A stretch of 64,000 nucleotides of DNA from Blastocatellia bacterium (GTDB lineage Bacteria; Acidobacteriota; Blastocatellia; RBC074): NCBI GenBank assembly GCA_035652435.1, contig DASRDU010000083.1, forward strand, positions 3,402-67,401. The letters are read 5' to 3'. Below the pieces are notes generated by a model. It saw only the letters and a list, made by a program, of their open reading frames with translations. It did no database searches and was not told the DNA's origin. Both the position numbers and the translations under genes were made by a program. Shown here piece by piece: positions 39,092-49,498 of the stretch. Within the stretch, counting starts at the first letter, position 1, and each line of letters begins with the position of its first letter.

Positions 39092-40129
39092 ATGGCTGAC
39101 ACGACACCGACCCTTGAGGAATGGCGCAGGTTGTATGCGGCCGCGGCGCGCGTCAAAGAACTCGCCCCGTGGACGTGGATGATGGAGGACGATATTTTCG
39201 GCGTGCAGAACCCCGAGACTGATGAAATCGGCTTCGTCAGCGTGATGGGCAATCTGGGCGAGCATCTGGCCGTCGCGCTCTACCCGGGCGCCGCCGCGCT
39301 GTACAAATTCCTCGAGCTGGAAGAGGACGCCGAAGACGAGGTCGAGCCGCAGCGGCTGCTCGAAATCCCGCAGCTTCAGGCCTCGTTCGAGGACCGCGAG
39401 CAGCTCGAGAAAAAGGATCGTGACGTGATCAAACAGCTCGGGCTGAAATTTCGCGGGGCGCAGGCGTGGCCACAGTTCCGCAGTTACGAGCCGGGATTCT
39501 TCCCCTGGTACCTGACTGGCGCCGAAGCCCGCTTTCTCGCCTGCGCGCTCGAACAGGTGCCTGAGGTCGCCGCGCGATTCAATGATGACGATTCGCTGCT
39601 CTGGCCCGAAGGCGAGAACGTACTGCTCGTGCGCGCGGCGCGGGAGGATAATGGCGGGCTCGTCTGGGAAGACAAGGTGGTGAGCGTGCCGCCGCCGGAG
39701 CCCGAAATCATCCCGCTGAAAATGGACCTTCAGGCGCTCGAACGGCTCAAACAGATGCCGCACAGCGACCGCGAGGTTGAAATTGACCTGATCCTGCTGC
39801 CGACGCCGGTGGGCGAGAAGAACGAGCGGCCCTTCTTCCCCTACCTGCTCATGATCGTGGACGGGCAGAGCCGGATGATCGTGGGCAACGAAATGCTCAA
39901 AGCGCAGCCCTCGCTCGAAGCCATGTGGGGGATGGTTCCGGTCAAAGTCGTCCACACCCTCGCCCAGCTCGGCTCCGTCCCCGGCCTCGTGCGCGTCCGC
40001 TCTGAATTACTGGTCGGCCTGCTCCAGCAGGTTTCCGTCGAGGTTGGCTTCCAGCTCAAACAGTCGCGCGCGCTGCCCGCGATGGATCAGGTGCTGGATT
40101 ACATGATGCAGATGACGCCGTTCGGATGA
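39092..40129 (+). CDS. hypothetical cytoplasmic protein (345 aa, acidic)
   Basis: AAAGGAG SD; no TM or signal; no domain recognised. Confidence 0.6.
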   Translation: MADTTPTLEEWRRLYAAAARVKELAPWTWMMEDDIFGVQNPETDEIGFVSVMGNLGEHLAVALYPGAAALYKFLELEEDAEDEVEPQRLLEIPQLQASFEDREQLEKKDRDVIKQLGLKFRGAQAWPQFRSYEPGFFPWYLTGAEARFLACALEQVPEVAARFNDDDSLLWPEGENVLLVRAAREDNGGLVWEDKVVSVPPPEPEIIPLKMDLQALERLKQMPHSDREVEIDLILLPTPVGEKNERPFFPYLLMIVDGQSRMIVGNEMLKAQPSLEAMWGMVPVKVVHTLAQLGSVPGLVRVRSELLVGLLQQVSVEVGFQLKQSRALPAMDQVLDYMMQMTPFG

Positions 40130-40268
40130 GGCCCCGGTCAGGCCCCCAGAATCTGCGGCTTTACTTCGCGATGGCGGTCATGCTCTAATTCGCCCGCTTC
40201 AGGGCCAGCCCCGTTTTTCTTCCTGTTCATCAACGTTGCTTGAAACATCACTCTGCGGAGGTGTACCA

Positions 40269-41987
40269 GTGCGCGGGAAAAATCTGTTCATCGGCCTCTT
40301 CATCTTTCTGCTCGCGTTCACGGCCTGCCAGGACGGTCGGCAATCGGGCGAGCGGCAGACTGGCTCGCGCGGCGGTCGGCTGGTCGTCGCGGACCGCAGC
40401 GCGCCGCAGAGCTTCAGTTACCTGGCTGCCGGCGACGCGGTCACGATCAACATCAGCTTCTTCCTGATGTCGGCGCGGCTGGCGGAATTCGACCACGACA
40501 AGCAACAGTACGTGCCGGGCCTCGCCGAATCCTGGCCCACGAGCGACGGCGGGAAGGTTGTGACGGTGAAATTGCGCGACGGGCTGAAATTTTCTGACGG
40601 CGCGCCGATGACCGCCGACGACGTACTGTTCACGCTCGGGCTGCTCGCCGACCCGAAGCTGCACCCGCCCGCCTTCTACGACGCGATGCTGGTTGACGGC
40701 AAGCCGATGAAGGCGTCGAAAGTTGATGACCGCACGATCAGGCTGGAACTGCCGCACGGGGTCGCCGCGATTGAGCCGTACCTCTACAACGTCGGCGTGC
40801 TGCCGCGCCACAAGCTGGAGGCGGCTTACCTGAAAGGCGAGGTTGACAAGCAGTGGGGGCTTGCGGCGGCGCCCGCCGATTTCGCCGTCTCGGGGCCGTT
40901 TGCGCCGAAGGAGTACGTGGCCGGGCAGCGCACCATCCTCAAACGTAACGAGTATTACTGGAAGAAGGACAAGCAAGGCAACCAGCTGCCTTACCTGGAT
41001 GAACTCGTCGTCGAGGCGATCAGCGACCCGAACAACTCTGTCCTCAAGTTTCAGCAGGGCGAGCTGGACGTGCTTGACGACATCCGCCCGTCGGATTACG
41101 CGACGATGAAGGACAAGGCCGAAGGGTTTACAGTCCGTGACCTCGGCCCGCGCCTGCAGACGGATTTCTTCTGGTTCAACCTGAACGACGGCAGGGACGA
41201 ATCGGGCAAACCGCTGGTTGACCCGGCGAAGCGCGCGTGGTTTGCGGACGTCCGGTTCCGCCGGGCGGTGGCGCATGCGATTGACCGCGCCTCGATCATT
41301 CAGAACGTGCTGCGGGGCCTCGGCACTCCGCTCAAGGGCGTGGTTTCACCAGGCAATAAATTCTGGGTGAATGACAACATCCCGGCTTACGATTATGATG
41401 TGAAGCGGGCGCAGGATCTGCTGAAGGAGGCGGGCTTCAGGCTCAATGACAACGGCCTCGTGGACAGCGCCGGGCACCCGGTCGAATTCACCCTGGTCGT
41501 CTCGGAAAACGTGGCGGTGCGGAAACAGATGGCGACCGTGATTCAGGAAGACCTCGCGAAACTCGGGATCAAGGTCAATGTCTCGCCCGTCGAAGACAAG
41601 GCCCTCAACGAACTCATGCGCAAGTCGCTCAGGTACGAGGCCGCGCTGCACGGGGCGTCGGCGACCGACACCGACCCGACGACGATCAGCTCGATCCTCA
41701 GGACCGACGGCCAGCAGCGGTTCTGGTTTCTGAACCAGAAGCAGGCCCGTGCCGCCTGGGAAAAGAAGCTCGACCAGCTGATGGACGAACAGAGCGTCGA
41801 GAGTGATGTCAACAAACGCAGGGAGAAATTCAATGAGGCGCAGCGCATCTTCGCCGAGCAGATCCCGATGATCCCGCTCGTCGTGCGCCATTTCGTCAGC
41901 GGCGCGAAAGCGAATCTCGGTAACTGGCGCCCGAGCTTCATCAGCCCGCGCTCGCTCTGGAATGTGGACGAATTATTCCGGCGGTAG
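40269..41987 (+). CDS. ABC transporter substrate-binding lipoprotein, family 5 (peptide/nickel/opine type)
   Basis: GGAGG SD then GTG (the ORF track's TTG at 40236 is less likely); lipobox LLAFTAC; SBP_bac_5-like body (RLVVAD...FFLMSARLAEFD...KLRDGLKFSDGAPMTADDV). Confidence 0.85.
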   Translation: MRGKNLFIGLFIFLLAFTACQDGRQSGERQTGSRGGRLVVADRSAPQSFSYLAAGDAVTINISFFLMSARLAEFDHDKQQYVPGLAESWPTSDGGKVVTVKLRDGLKFSDGAPMTADDVLFTLGLLADPKLHPPAFYDAMLVDGKPMKASKVDDRTIRLELPHGVAAIEPYLYNVGVLPRHKLEAAYLKGEVDKQWGLAAAPADFAVSGPFAPKEYVAGQRTILKRNEYYWKKDKQGNQLPYLDELVVEAISDPNNSVLKFQQGELDVLDDIRPSDYATMKDKAEGFTVRDLGPRLQTDFFWFNLNDGRDESGKPLVDPAKRAWFADVRFRRAVAHAIDRASIIQNVLRGLGTPLKGVVSPGNKFWVNDNIPAYDYDVKRAQDLLKEAGFRLNDNGLVDSAGHPVEFTLVVSENVAVRKQMATVIQEDLAKLGIKVNVSPVEDKALNELMRKSLRYEAALHGASATDTDPTTISSILRTDGQQRFWFLNQKQARAAWEKKLDQLMDEQSVESDVNKRREKFNEAQRIFAEQIPMIPLVVRHFVSGAKANLGNWRPSFISPRSLWNVDELFRR

Positions 41988-42071
41988 CAGGCCGGGGAAG
42001 ACTTTTCGGTCTCCGGCCTGAAATCCACGATCAAAACCCGGCGCCGTACTGGAATCTGCGCGATCGCACCT

Positions 42072-42476
42072 ATGCCCAAAACCGAATTGCCGATCCTGAC
42101 CCAGAAAAAGCCCAGGCCCGCCTACGACTGCGCGAAATGCCCCGGCTACTGCTGCTCCTACGACTGGATCGTCGTCTACAAACGCGACATCAACCGCCTC
42201 GCCCGCGGCTTCGGAATCACGCCCGAGGAGGCCGAACTGCGCTTCACCAAATGGGTGCCCGAATACGGGTACCGCGTGCTGCGCCACAAGCAGGATCACA
42301 TCTTCAAAAGCACCTGCATGTTCTTCGACCAGGAGAAACGCCGCTGCACGGTTTACAAATACCGCCCCGGCGTCTGCCGCGAATACCCGCTGACCAGGCG
42401 CTGCGGTTACTTCGATTTTCTGACTTGGGAACGCGACCAGCAGGACGATGAGGAATATATCCCGCTTATGAGGTAG
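42072..42476 (+). CDS. YkgJ-family (UPF0153) cysteine-cluster protein
   Basis: [11 protein letters not shown]...[25 protein letters not shown]. Confidence 0.7.
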   Translation: MPKTELPILTQKKPRPAYDCAKCPGYCCSYDWIVVYKRDINRLARGFGITPEEAELRFTKWVPEYGYRVLRHKQDHIFKSTCMFFDQEKRRCTVYKYRPGVCREYPLTRRCGYFDFLTWERDQQDDEEYIPLMR

Positions 42477-42510
42477 GAGAGAATCCGGCACCTTCCTGCG
42501 GACTCCCGGC

Positions 42511-44124
42511 TCACAGCAAAGTCTCCGGCGACTGACTGACCAGCTCCGAACTCCGAATCGCCGGCGCCTGACTCTGGCCGGCCGGGGCCGGACACTCCTT
42601 GAGCAGGCAGGCGAGCGTCGCGCTCAATTCGCGCCGGAGCGGGCCGCAGAGGTTTTTCAGGTCAATTGATGGCTCGCCGTCGAGCAGGCAGCGGTAGAAG
42701 GTAATTGCGCCGAACGCGGTGCCGTCCTCTTCAGTCATCGGCAGCCGCAGCGTCCAGAACTGGTCCGAGGCGAGGATCTCATCAAGGGGCGTGCCGCCGC
42801 GTTCCCACGTCCAGACTACTTTGTCGAACCCGCTGGCCGGGAGTCTCCTCCGCCCGCCCGGGGCGAAAGCCTCCACGCCTCTCACCGAATACTTCGCTTC
42901 GTTGATTTCCAGCAGCGCGCAATCGAACTCGTTGACCGCCAGCAGCCCTTCCAGCGCGCCGAAAAACTGCTCGATGGTTTTGTTCTCCGCCAGATCGCTG
43001 CTGATCTGCCGCACCCGGACGTTGACGGCCAGCGCGCGGCGCCGCTGCAAAACCTCGCGCCGGATCTGAGAGCCCAGCTCGCTGAATTCCGTGTAGCGCA
43101 GGTGCTGGACGCCGAAGACTATCCCCACGCCCAGGACGAAGAAGAGCAGCGCGGCCAGGTTGCGCGCCGGGTTGAGGAGCATCAGCCCGAAGAGCGAAAA
43201 GAGCGCACACACGCCGTAGAGCAGGATCACGACCTGACGCTGGCTCAGGCCGCGCCGGAGCAGCATGTGGTGGATGTGGCCGCGGTCGCTGTCAAAGAGC
43301 GGCGCGCCGCTCAGGAAGCGCCGCACGAGCGAGAGCGCGGCTTCCATCACCGGCAGCCCGAAGGAGACGAGCGGGATCGCAATCGCCACGATGGTCGAGC
43401 CCTTCTGCGACCCGACCATTGACAGCACGGCGGCCATAAAGCCCAGAAACAGGCTGCCCGAATCCCCCAGAAAGATCGTCGCCGGGTTGAAGTTGTAGGG
43501 CAGAAATCCGATGACCGCACCCACCAGCACGACCGCGACCAGACTGATGTCAGGGCTGCCTTGAACTATCGAAAAGACCAGGATCGAGAGCATCGCGAAG
43601 ACCGACGCCCCGGCGGCCAGCCCGTCAACCCCGTCAATCAGGTTGAAGGCGTTCGTGATCCCGATGATCCACAATAAAGTGAGCAGGAAGCCGACGACCG
43701 CCGGCAGTTCCCACGACCCGCCGGAGAGCATCGAAAGCTTCTCGATCCGGAACCCCGACGCCCAGACGAACGTCCCGGCGAGCGACTGCGCGGCGATCTT
43801 GAGCGTCGCGCTGGAGCCGCGAAAGTCGTCATAGATGCCGAACAGGAAAATGAACGTCGCCGGGATGAAGAGGGCAATCAGCCGGGGCAGGCTGCCGCGA
43901 AAAGTGTCGCTCACCATGTTGCCCAGCAGCGGCACGCACAGCAGCGTGGCGACGAATGAGAGGAAGATCGCGATGCCGCCCAGCCGCGGCGTCGGGCGCA
44001 GGTGAATGCGCCGCCCGCCGGGCAGATCAACGGCCCCCCACTCAATCGCCTTCCGCCGCACAAACGGCGTCATCACGAGCGACAGGACGAACGAGACGGC
44101 AAAGAGAATGACGTAAGAACGCAT
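42511..44124 (-). CDS. polyprenyl-phosphate N-acetylhexosamine-1-phosphate transferase (WecA/MraY family, GT4-fold-independent) with about 200-aa C-terminal extension
   Basis: MraY/WecA motifs NAFNLIDGVDGLAAG, FLGDSGSLFLGF; 10-11 TM helices; extra soluble C-terminal domain (residues about 340-537) of unknown function. Confidence 0.85.
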   Translation of the reverse strand: MRSYVILFAVSFVLSLVMTPFVRRKAIEWGAVDLPGGRRIHLRPTPRLGGIAIFLSFVATLLCVPLLGNMVSDTFRGSLPRLIALFIPATFIFLFGIYDDFRGSSATLKIAAQSLAGTFVWASGFRIEKLSMLSGGSWELPAVVGFLLTLLWIIGITNAFNLIDGVDGLAAGASVFAMLSILVFSIVQGSPDISLVAVVLVGAVIGFLPYNFNPATIFLGDSGSLFLGFMAAVLSMVGSQKGSTIVAIAIPLVSFGLPVMEAALSLVRRFLSGAPLFDSDRGHIHHMLLRRGLSQRQVVILLYGVCALFSLFGLMLLNPARNLAALLFFVLGVGIVFGVQHLRYTEFSELGSQIRREVLQRRRALAVNVRVRQISSDLAENKTIEQFFGALEGLLAVNEFDCALLEINEAKYSVRGVEAFAPGGRRRLPASGFDKVVWTWERGGTPLDEILASDQFWTLRLPMTEEDGTAFGAITFYRCLLDGEPSIDLKNLCGPLRRELSATLACLLKECPAPAGQSQAPAIRSSELVSQSPETLL

Positions 44125-44209
44125 ACTAGTGGCCGGTGGTCTGTGGCGGGTGGCGCGCTGGCGGGTGATCAGTTACTTCATTTCAGCTGAAGAGGTGCCT
44201 TGACAACCC

Positions 44210-45484
44210 TCAGCTTTTATCCAGTAACTCATCACCGACCACTTGCCATCCGCCGCCCGCCACCGTTTTCAACGTTTCCAGATATTTTTCCGCCAGTACC
44301 GAACGCAGGTAGTGCGCTTTGACAAAACTTTCACCATTCGCGCCGAACTGCCGCGCGAGGTCGGGGGCGGCGCGCAGTTGCCTGATCGCGGCGACGAGTG
44401 CCTCCACGTTTTCCGGCTCGATACATAATCCGGCGTGGGCGCGCTCAAGCAGTTCCGCGGCCTCGCCCTCGACGCTGCAAATGATCGGACAACCCGTCCC
44501 CATCAGTTCGAACATCTTCGACGGCAGCACCTTTTTGAAGATCTCCAGCCGCCTGAGCGGGACCAGACTGGCGTCGCTCGTCCGGTAAAAAGCCGGCAGC
44601 CTCGCGCGCGGCTGCTCATTCAGAAAAGTCACGTTGTCGAGTTTAAGATCAGCCGCCAGCCGCTTCAGCCGATCTTTTTCCGCGCCCTCGCCGACGAAGA
44701 GAAAATGAACCGAAGCGTCCGGGCGCAGCGCCTCGGCCGCCCCGAGTACCGTGTCGAGCGCGTGCGACATGCCGTGCGTGCCGACGTATGAAACGACGAA
44801 TCTGCCCTCCAGCCCCAGTTCCGCGCGCACGCCCTCGCCGTCGGACAGAGCTGCCGCCGCCAGATACTTCGCGTCAATGCCGTTCGGAATCATCGCGATC
44901 TTTTCCGGCGCGACGCCTCTGCCGACGAGGTAGCCCCTGGTTGATTCCGCGACGATCACAATCCGCGCGGCCCGGGCGTACATAAACGCTTCAATCGCTT
45001 CGAGCGCGCGGATGATCAGCCGATTTTTCAAAGCCCCGAGTTCGACCGCCGACTGCGGCCAGATGTCGCGCACCTCAAAGACGAACGGTGCGCGCTTCAC
45101 CACGCTCAGCATGTAAGCCGCCACCGCGCAGAAGAACTGCGGCGACGTCCCGACAATCACGTCCGGCCTTCTGGTCATCAGCGCGCCGAGCGTCAGCGAC
45201 GAAAAGAAGAACGACAGAAAGTTGAGAACCCGTTTTGCAAATCCCTTGTTCGCCGCACAGTAAATCCATGTCCGCAGCAGGTCAATGCCGTCAACGCTTT
45301 CCCGCCTGACGAAGCAGCCGCGGTATTCGGGCCGGATGACCCCGGTCGGGTGATTCGGGAAGCCGGTGATCACCGTCACCTCGTGGCCCAGGGAGGCCCA
45401 GTGCCGCGCGTGTTCGTACGTGCGAGCTGACGGCGCGCCCATTTCAGGCGGAAAGTACTGGCAAAGAAAAGTAATGCGCATCAA
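44210..45484 (-). CDS. glycosyltransferase family 4
   Basis: MRITFLCQYFPPEMGAPSARTYEHARHWASLGHEVTVIT; EGFG-type C-terminal motif region. Confidence 0.85.
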   Translation of the reverse strand: MMRITFLCQYFPPEMGAPSARTYEHARHWASLGHEVTVITGFPNHPTGVIRPEYRGCFVRRESVDGIDLLRTWIYCAANKGFAKRVLNFLSFFFSSLTLGALMTRRPDVIVGTSPQFFCAVAAYMLSVVKRAPFVFEVRDIWPQSAVELGALKNRLIIRALEAIEAFMYARAARIVIVAESTRGYLVGRGVAPEKIAMIPNGIDAKYLAAAALSDGEGVRAELGLEGRFVVSYVGTHGMSHALDTVLGAAEALRPDASVHFLFVGEGAEKDRLKRLAADLKLDNVTFLNEQPRARLPAFYRTSDASLVPLRRLEIFKKVLPSKMFELMGTGCPIICSVEGEAAELLERAHAGLCIEPENVEALVAAIRQLRAAPDLARQFGANGESFVKAHYLRSVLAEKYLETLKTVAGGGWQVVGDELLDKS

Positions 45485-45494
45485 CGAACGGTGG

Positions 45495-47306
45495 TCAGCC
45501 GCCAGCCGGGCGGCTGATTTTGTAACCGAAGGATTCCTCCTCCTTTATCAGATACTCAAAACAGATCGTCTGGCTCGGCTTTGCAATCCCGAATTCAGGA
45601 AAGTACCAGCCCTGGATCGGCTCATCCTCGCCTTCAATGATCCTTACTCTTTTTGCGCCAAATGGCTCGATCACAACCGTCAACGCGCCCGCCCTGCATT
45701 CAACCGCCAGGCTGTCATCACTGATTTTTCGTGCCCGCACGTCAGGATGCAGATGGATGAAGCTGGCAGCGCAGCTGGTGTACGGCATCAATTCATCCAT
45801 CAGGTCTTCAAAAATCCACTGCCCCCGATCCGTGCGCCGGATGGAGCGCTCACAAAACGTCCCCCGATCGTGATAAGGCGTATAGCTTCCCCGGAACTCC
45901 CACGTCTGCTCATCACTCCTGACTCCAACCGCACCCGGTTCCGCGCGCCGCCCCATCCTGAAAGTCCCCCACACTTCCGACTGCTCGCGCCCGTCAAACA
46001 CGACCGTGTTGTGCGCCCGCGTCGAGCGACAGTATTCGCGGAAACGGTCACCGCCGTAGCCGTGAACGCCGGAATCAACGATGAACGGGCGGCCATCCAG
46101 CCACAATTCGTAGCTCAGCAGGTCGCAGTGCGCGTGCGCGGCGTTGTAATCAACCGCAGGCGGCCCCGCGTCCACGATGATGCGTTCACCGCCGTCAGGC
46201 GAAAACCAGCAGTAATAACCAGTCTTCGGGAAGACAGGTGAGTGCGCTTCCGGATCGCTGCCGACGACGCGCGCGGCGGCCTCAAGCAATGGCAGGGCCC
46301 TTGCCTCTTCCGTGTTCGCCGAATCGTTGAAGAGCGCGAGCGTGCCGTCGGGGTAACTCATCGCCTCGAGAAACCGCGCCATCGCCCGCAGCTTCTTTCT
46401 GATCTCGCCGGGCGAAATATTTCCCCAGGCGATGGATCGTTTCGCCCTGTGGGCATCGAGGAGCGCGAAACATTCAAGGAACGCGGCCAGCGCGAGCGCG
46501 TGATACATCGGCGCGCGTTCGTAATGCCCGCCGTCTTCAAGCACCTGCTCGGCGAATTCGCGCCACAGCAGCCGCTCGCCCCGTTCGAGCCACTGCCCGC
46601 CCTTCGGGTCCTCCGCAAAAAACAATCCGCCAATCACGAGCGTCTTCGCGTTTTCGAGCAGGTGATTCGCAAGCAGGTGAAGTTCCAGATGGCTGCTCAG
46701 AAAATCAAGCTGCTGATAAATGCTCGCGCGCCACTTGCCGAGAAACTTCCGGTCGGCCTCGCGGTCGGCGACCAGCGCGTAAGCGTAAATCCAGTTCACC
46801 ACGCGCAGCGAAACCGGATAAGCGTCCCACCCGTCGCTTGCGCCGATGCGCGCGCCGTCAATCCAGCTTTCGATCAGCTCGCGGCAGCGCCGCCACGCAC
46901 GCTCATCGCCGCGCCCGACCAGAACTCTGGCGCACGGCACCGCGAAGCCGAAGTAGTGGAACTGGTAATTCCACAGGTGGCCTTCGTACCGCTCGTTCCA
47001 GTCGGGCGCCGGGATTGTCAGCGTGCGATTGAGGTGCGTGAACTTTCCCGCGACCAGACTGCTCAGCTTCTCGTCGTGCCACTCAAGCGGCGTGTTCAGG
47101 TGAGCGAATGAAGATTCAAAGACCTCGCGGATCGTTTCAACCGCGCCGGCGGCGGGCTCCGGCGCGCGCCCCTCGGTCATCTGCCACCGGGCGGCGAGCC
47201 GCGGCAGCGCGCGATAAGCGCGGAACTGTGCCGTCCGCAGCAGCCGGTAAAACACCTGCTCCCAGCGCAAATGCGGGAGCGTGTGAAGGAGAAGACTGAG
47301 CTTCAA
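45495..47306 (-). CDS. heparinase II/III-like protein
   Basis: 603 aa; alpha-toroid N-terminal plus beta-sandwich C-terminal layout and motifs (WNYQFHYFGF, NHLLENAKTLVIGGLFF, HAHCDLLSYELW) characteristic of the Hepar_II_III family common in O-antigen/EPS loci. Confidence 0.7.
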   Translation of the reverse strand: MKLSLLLHTLPHLRWEQVFYRLLRTAQFRAYRALPRLAARWQMTEGRAPEPAAGAVETIREVFESSFAHLNTPLEWHDEKLSSLVAGKFTHLNRTLTIPAPDWNERYEGHLWNYQFHYFGFAVPCARVLVGRGDERAWRRCRELIESWIDGARIGASDGWDAYPVSLRVVNWIYAYALVADREADRKFLGKWRASIYQQLDFLSSHLELHLLANHLLENAKTLVIGGLFFAEDPKGGQWLERGERLLWREFAEQVLEDGGHYERAPMYHALALAAFLECFALLDAHRAKRSIAWGNISPGEIRKKLRAMARFLEAMSYPDGTLALFNDSANTEEARALPLLEAAARVVGSDPEAHSPVFPKTGYYCWFSPDGGERIIVDAGPPAVDYNAAHAHCDLLSYELWLDGRPFIVDSGVHGYGGDRFREYCRSTRAHNTVVFDGREQSEVWGTFRMGRRAEPGAVGVRSDEQTWEFRGSYTPYHDRGTFCERSIRRTDRGQWIFEDLMDELMPYTSCAASFIHLHPDVRARKISDDSLAVECRAGALTVVIEPFGAKRVRIIEGEDEPIQGWYFPEFGIAKPSQTICFEYLIKEEESFGYKISRPAGG

Positions 47307-47328
47307 ATGTCAGAGTGCGATTTCAATC

Positions 47329-49491
47329 TCAAATCGAAAATTTGACATCAACGGCTTCGGGCCGCCCGCTGCCAAGCGCGTCCACGATGTGAATCGTCGC
47401 GAGCGTCGTCAGCGCCAGGCTGCGGAAACTGATCGGCATCCCGGCGCTCGTGCGCGCCGCCGCGACGAAGGCTTCGAGTTCCCTGTCAAAGCCCTTGTCC
47501 TGTTGCAGCCGCCTGGTGACTTTGCGTTTGCCATTGCGCCAGACTTCGAGCAGGCGGAAATCATCGAGTACCGCCACGCGCCCGCCGCCGTAAACTTCGA
47601 CGCGCTCCTTGGGGAATGCCCTGTCGCCTGTAGAGAAGTAATTGATGTTGCCGGTCGAGCCGTCGCCGAACCTGATGACGATGCTCAGCGTGTCATTCAT
47701 TCCGCTGCCCGCGGCGTAAGCGAAGACTTCGACCGGTTCAGCCGAGGTCAGGTATTGCAGGAAGTCGGTGAAGTGGCAGACTTCTCCCACAATGCGCCCG
47801 CCGCCCTCCTCGCCCTGAATCCAGCTCTCTTTCGGAATCGCCCCGGCGTTGACGCGATAAGTGATCGCGAGCGGGCCGGCTCCGGCAAACGCCTGCTTCA
47901 TCTCAACGGCCAGCGACGAGAAGCGGCGATTGAAGCCGACCATCACGCGCCCGCCAGTCTGCACGACAGCGTCAACAATCTCATTCAGCCCATCTTCATT
48001 GATCGCGAGCGGCTTTTCGACATAAACAGTTTTGCCCGCGCGCAGCGCCTCGGCGGTCATCCGCGCGTGTGAGTCGTGGCGCGTGGCGATCAGGACTGTG
48101 TTCACATTTTCGTCGGCCAGCAATTCACGGTAATCACTCGTGCAGAAACCGAAGCCGTACTGTTCGCCGATGGCTTTGGCGTTGCGGCCTGTAGCCGTCG
48201 CGATGCCCGCCAGAGTCACACCCGAAATTTTTGCGAGCCGCGGCAGCAGCACGGCCTTCGCAAAATTGCCCGCGCCGATGACACCAAGCCTGACAGTTTT
48301 GTCATCGCCGGATTTAGCGCGCGCTTCGCTGAGTACCACGACCTTCGAGCCGTGCTTCTGCTCCTCCGTTTCCGCGTAGGTCAGCAAAATGCCCAGATAA
48401 GGCTGCCGATTCTTCCCTGTAATGATGTCATAAGCCTCCCCGGCCCGCGCGATGTCGAAGTGATGTGTGATCAACCTGTCGAGCCTGACCGAGTGCGCGG
48501 CAATCAGGCGCAGGAATTCCTCCATGTTGCGCCGCTCGGTCCAGCGCACGTAACCGATCGGGTAATCAACGCCGCCTTCCTCGTACTGTGCGTCGTAACG
48601 GCCCGGCCCGTAGGAGCGCGACAAGCGCAGTTGCAGTTCCTTCTCGTAATAAACCTTGCGAGGCACGTCCATCCCGACCGCGCCGACCAGCGAAACAATC
48701 GCCCGGTCACGCGCAATTACCCCGGCGAGTTCAATCGGGTCATTTGAATCAGCCGCCGCCGTGATCACGACCGCATCAGCGCCGTGGCCGCCCGTGAAGT
48801 GCGCCATTGCGCCCTCGACATCATCGCCGCGCAACACTGCCGCGTCGGCCCCATGTTCAAGCGCCAGCTTTGTTTTGTTCGGATCGAGATCAATCCCAAT
48901 CACGCGGCAGCCGGCGGCTTTCAGAATCATCACCGTCAGCTGCCCGAGTAGCCCGAGCCCGACGACCGCGACGGCCTCACCCAGCTTCGCTTCAGCCGTC
49001 CGCACGCCCTGGAGCGCAATTGCGCCGAGCGTGATGAAAGCTGCTTCGTCAAAACTGACGCCGTCAGGAATCTTCACCGCCAGATTTTTCGGGACGAAGA
49101 CCGTCTCCGCGTGCGAGGCGTAATTCATCCCGGCGCAGGCGACGCGGTCGCCGACGTGAAACTCTTCGGCGCCGCGCCCGACCTCTCTGACTATGCCGGC
49201 GCAGCTGTACCCGAGCGCGAGCGGCGCATCGAGCCGCGCCATCACCGTGCGAAAGGTGCTGGCGATGCCGTCTTTCTGCACTTTGTTGATCACCTGGCGG
49301 ACGAGGTCGGGGCGCTCTCTGGCCTTGCCGACGAGCGATTTCTGCGCCAGATCCACGACCATCTTCTCCGTGCCCGCGCTGATCAGCGAGGCGACGTTGC
49401 GCACCAGAATGCCGCCGCCCTTGCCGACCGTCTCCGGCACCTCCTCAACCTTGAGGACGCCGGTGCGAAAATTCTGAAGGACCTGTTTCAT
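47329..49491 (-). CDS. bi-domain oxidoreductase (zinc-dependent MDR alcohol dehydrogenase N-terminal half + Gfo/Idh/MocA C-terminal half)
   Basis: N-terminal half GTEKMVVD...GYSCAGIV...GLGLLGQL; C-terminal half LGVIGAGNFAK...EKPLAINEDG. Confidence 0.8.
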   Translation of the reverse strand: MKQVLQNFRTGVLKVEEVPETVGKGGGILVRNVASLISAGTEKMVVDLAQKSLVGKARERPDLVRQVINKVQKDGIASTFRTVMARLDAPLALGYSCAGIVREVGRGAEEFHVGDRVACAGMNYASHAETVFVPKNLAVKIPDGVSFDEAAFITLGAIALQGVRTAEAKLGEAVAVVGLGLLGQLTVMILKAAGCRVIGIDLDPNKTKLALEHGADAAVLRGDDVEGAMAHFTGGHGADAVVITAAADSNDPIELAGVIARDRAIVSLVGAVGMDVPRKVYYEKELQLRLSRSYGPGRYDAQYEEGGVDYPIGYVRWTERRNMEEFLRLIAAHSVRLDRLITHHFDIARAGEAYDIITGKNRQPYLGILLTYAETEEQKHGSKVVVLSEARAKSGDDKTVRLGVIGAGNFAKAVLLPRLAKISGVTLAGIATATGRNAKAIGEQYGFGFCTSDYRELLADENVNTVLIATRHDSHARMTAEALRAGKTVYVEKPLAINEDGLNEIVDAVVQTGGRVMVGFNRRFSSLAVEMKQAFAGAGPLAITYRVNAGAIPKESWIQGEEGGGRIVGEVCHFTDFLQYLTSAEPVEVFAYAAGSGMNDTLSIVIRFGDGSTGNINYFSTGDRAFPKERVEVYGGGRVAVLDDFRLLEVWRNGKRKVTRRLQQDKGFDRELEAFVAAARTSAGMPISFRSLALTTLATIHIVDALGSGRPEAVDVKFSI

Positions 49492-49498
49492 TTCTGCT

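Noticed and set aside
40248-41276. 342-aa minus-strand ORF opposite the family-5 SBP gene
   Set aside because: Shadow ORF. The SBP reading frame carries a lipobox and family-5 motifs.
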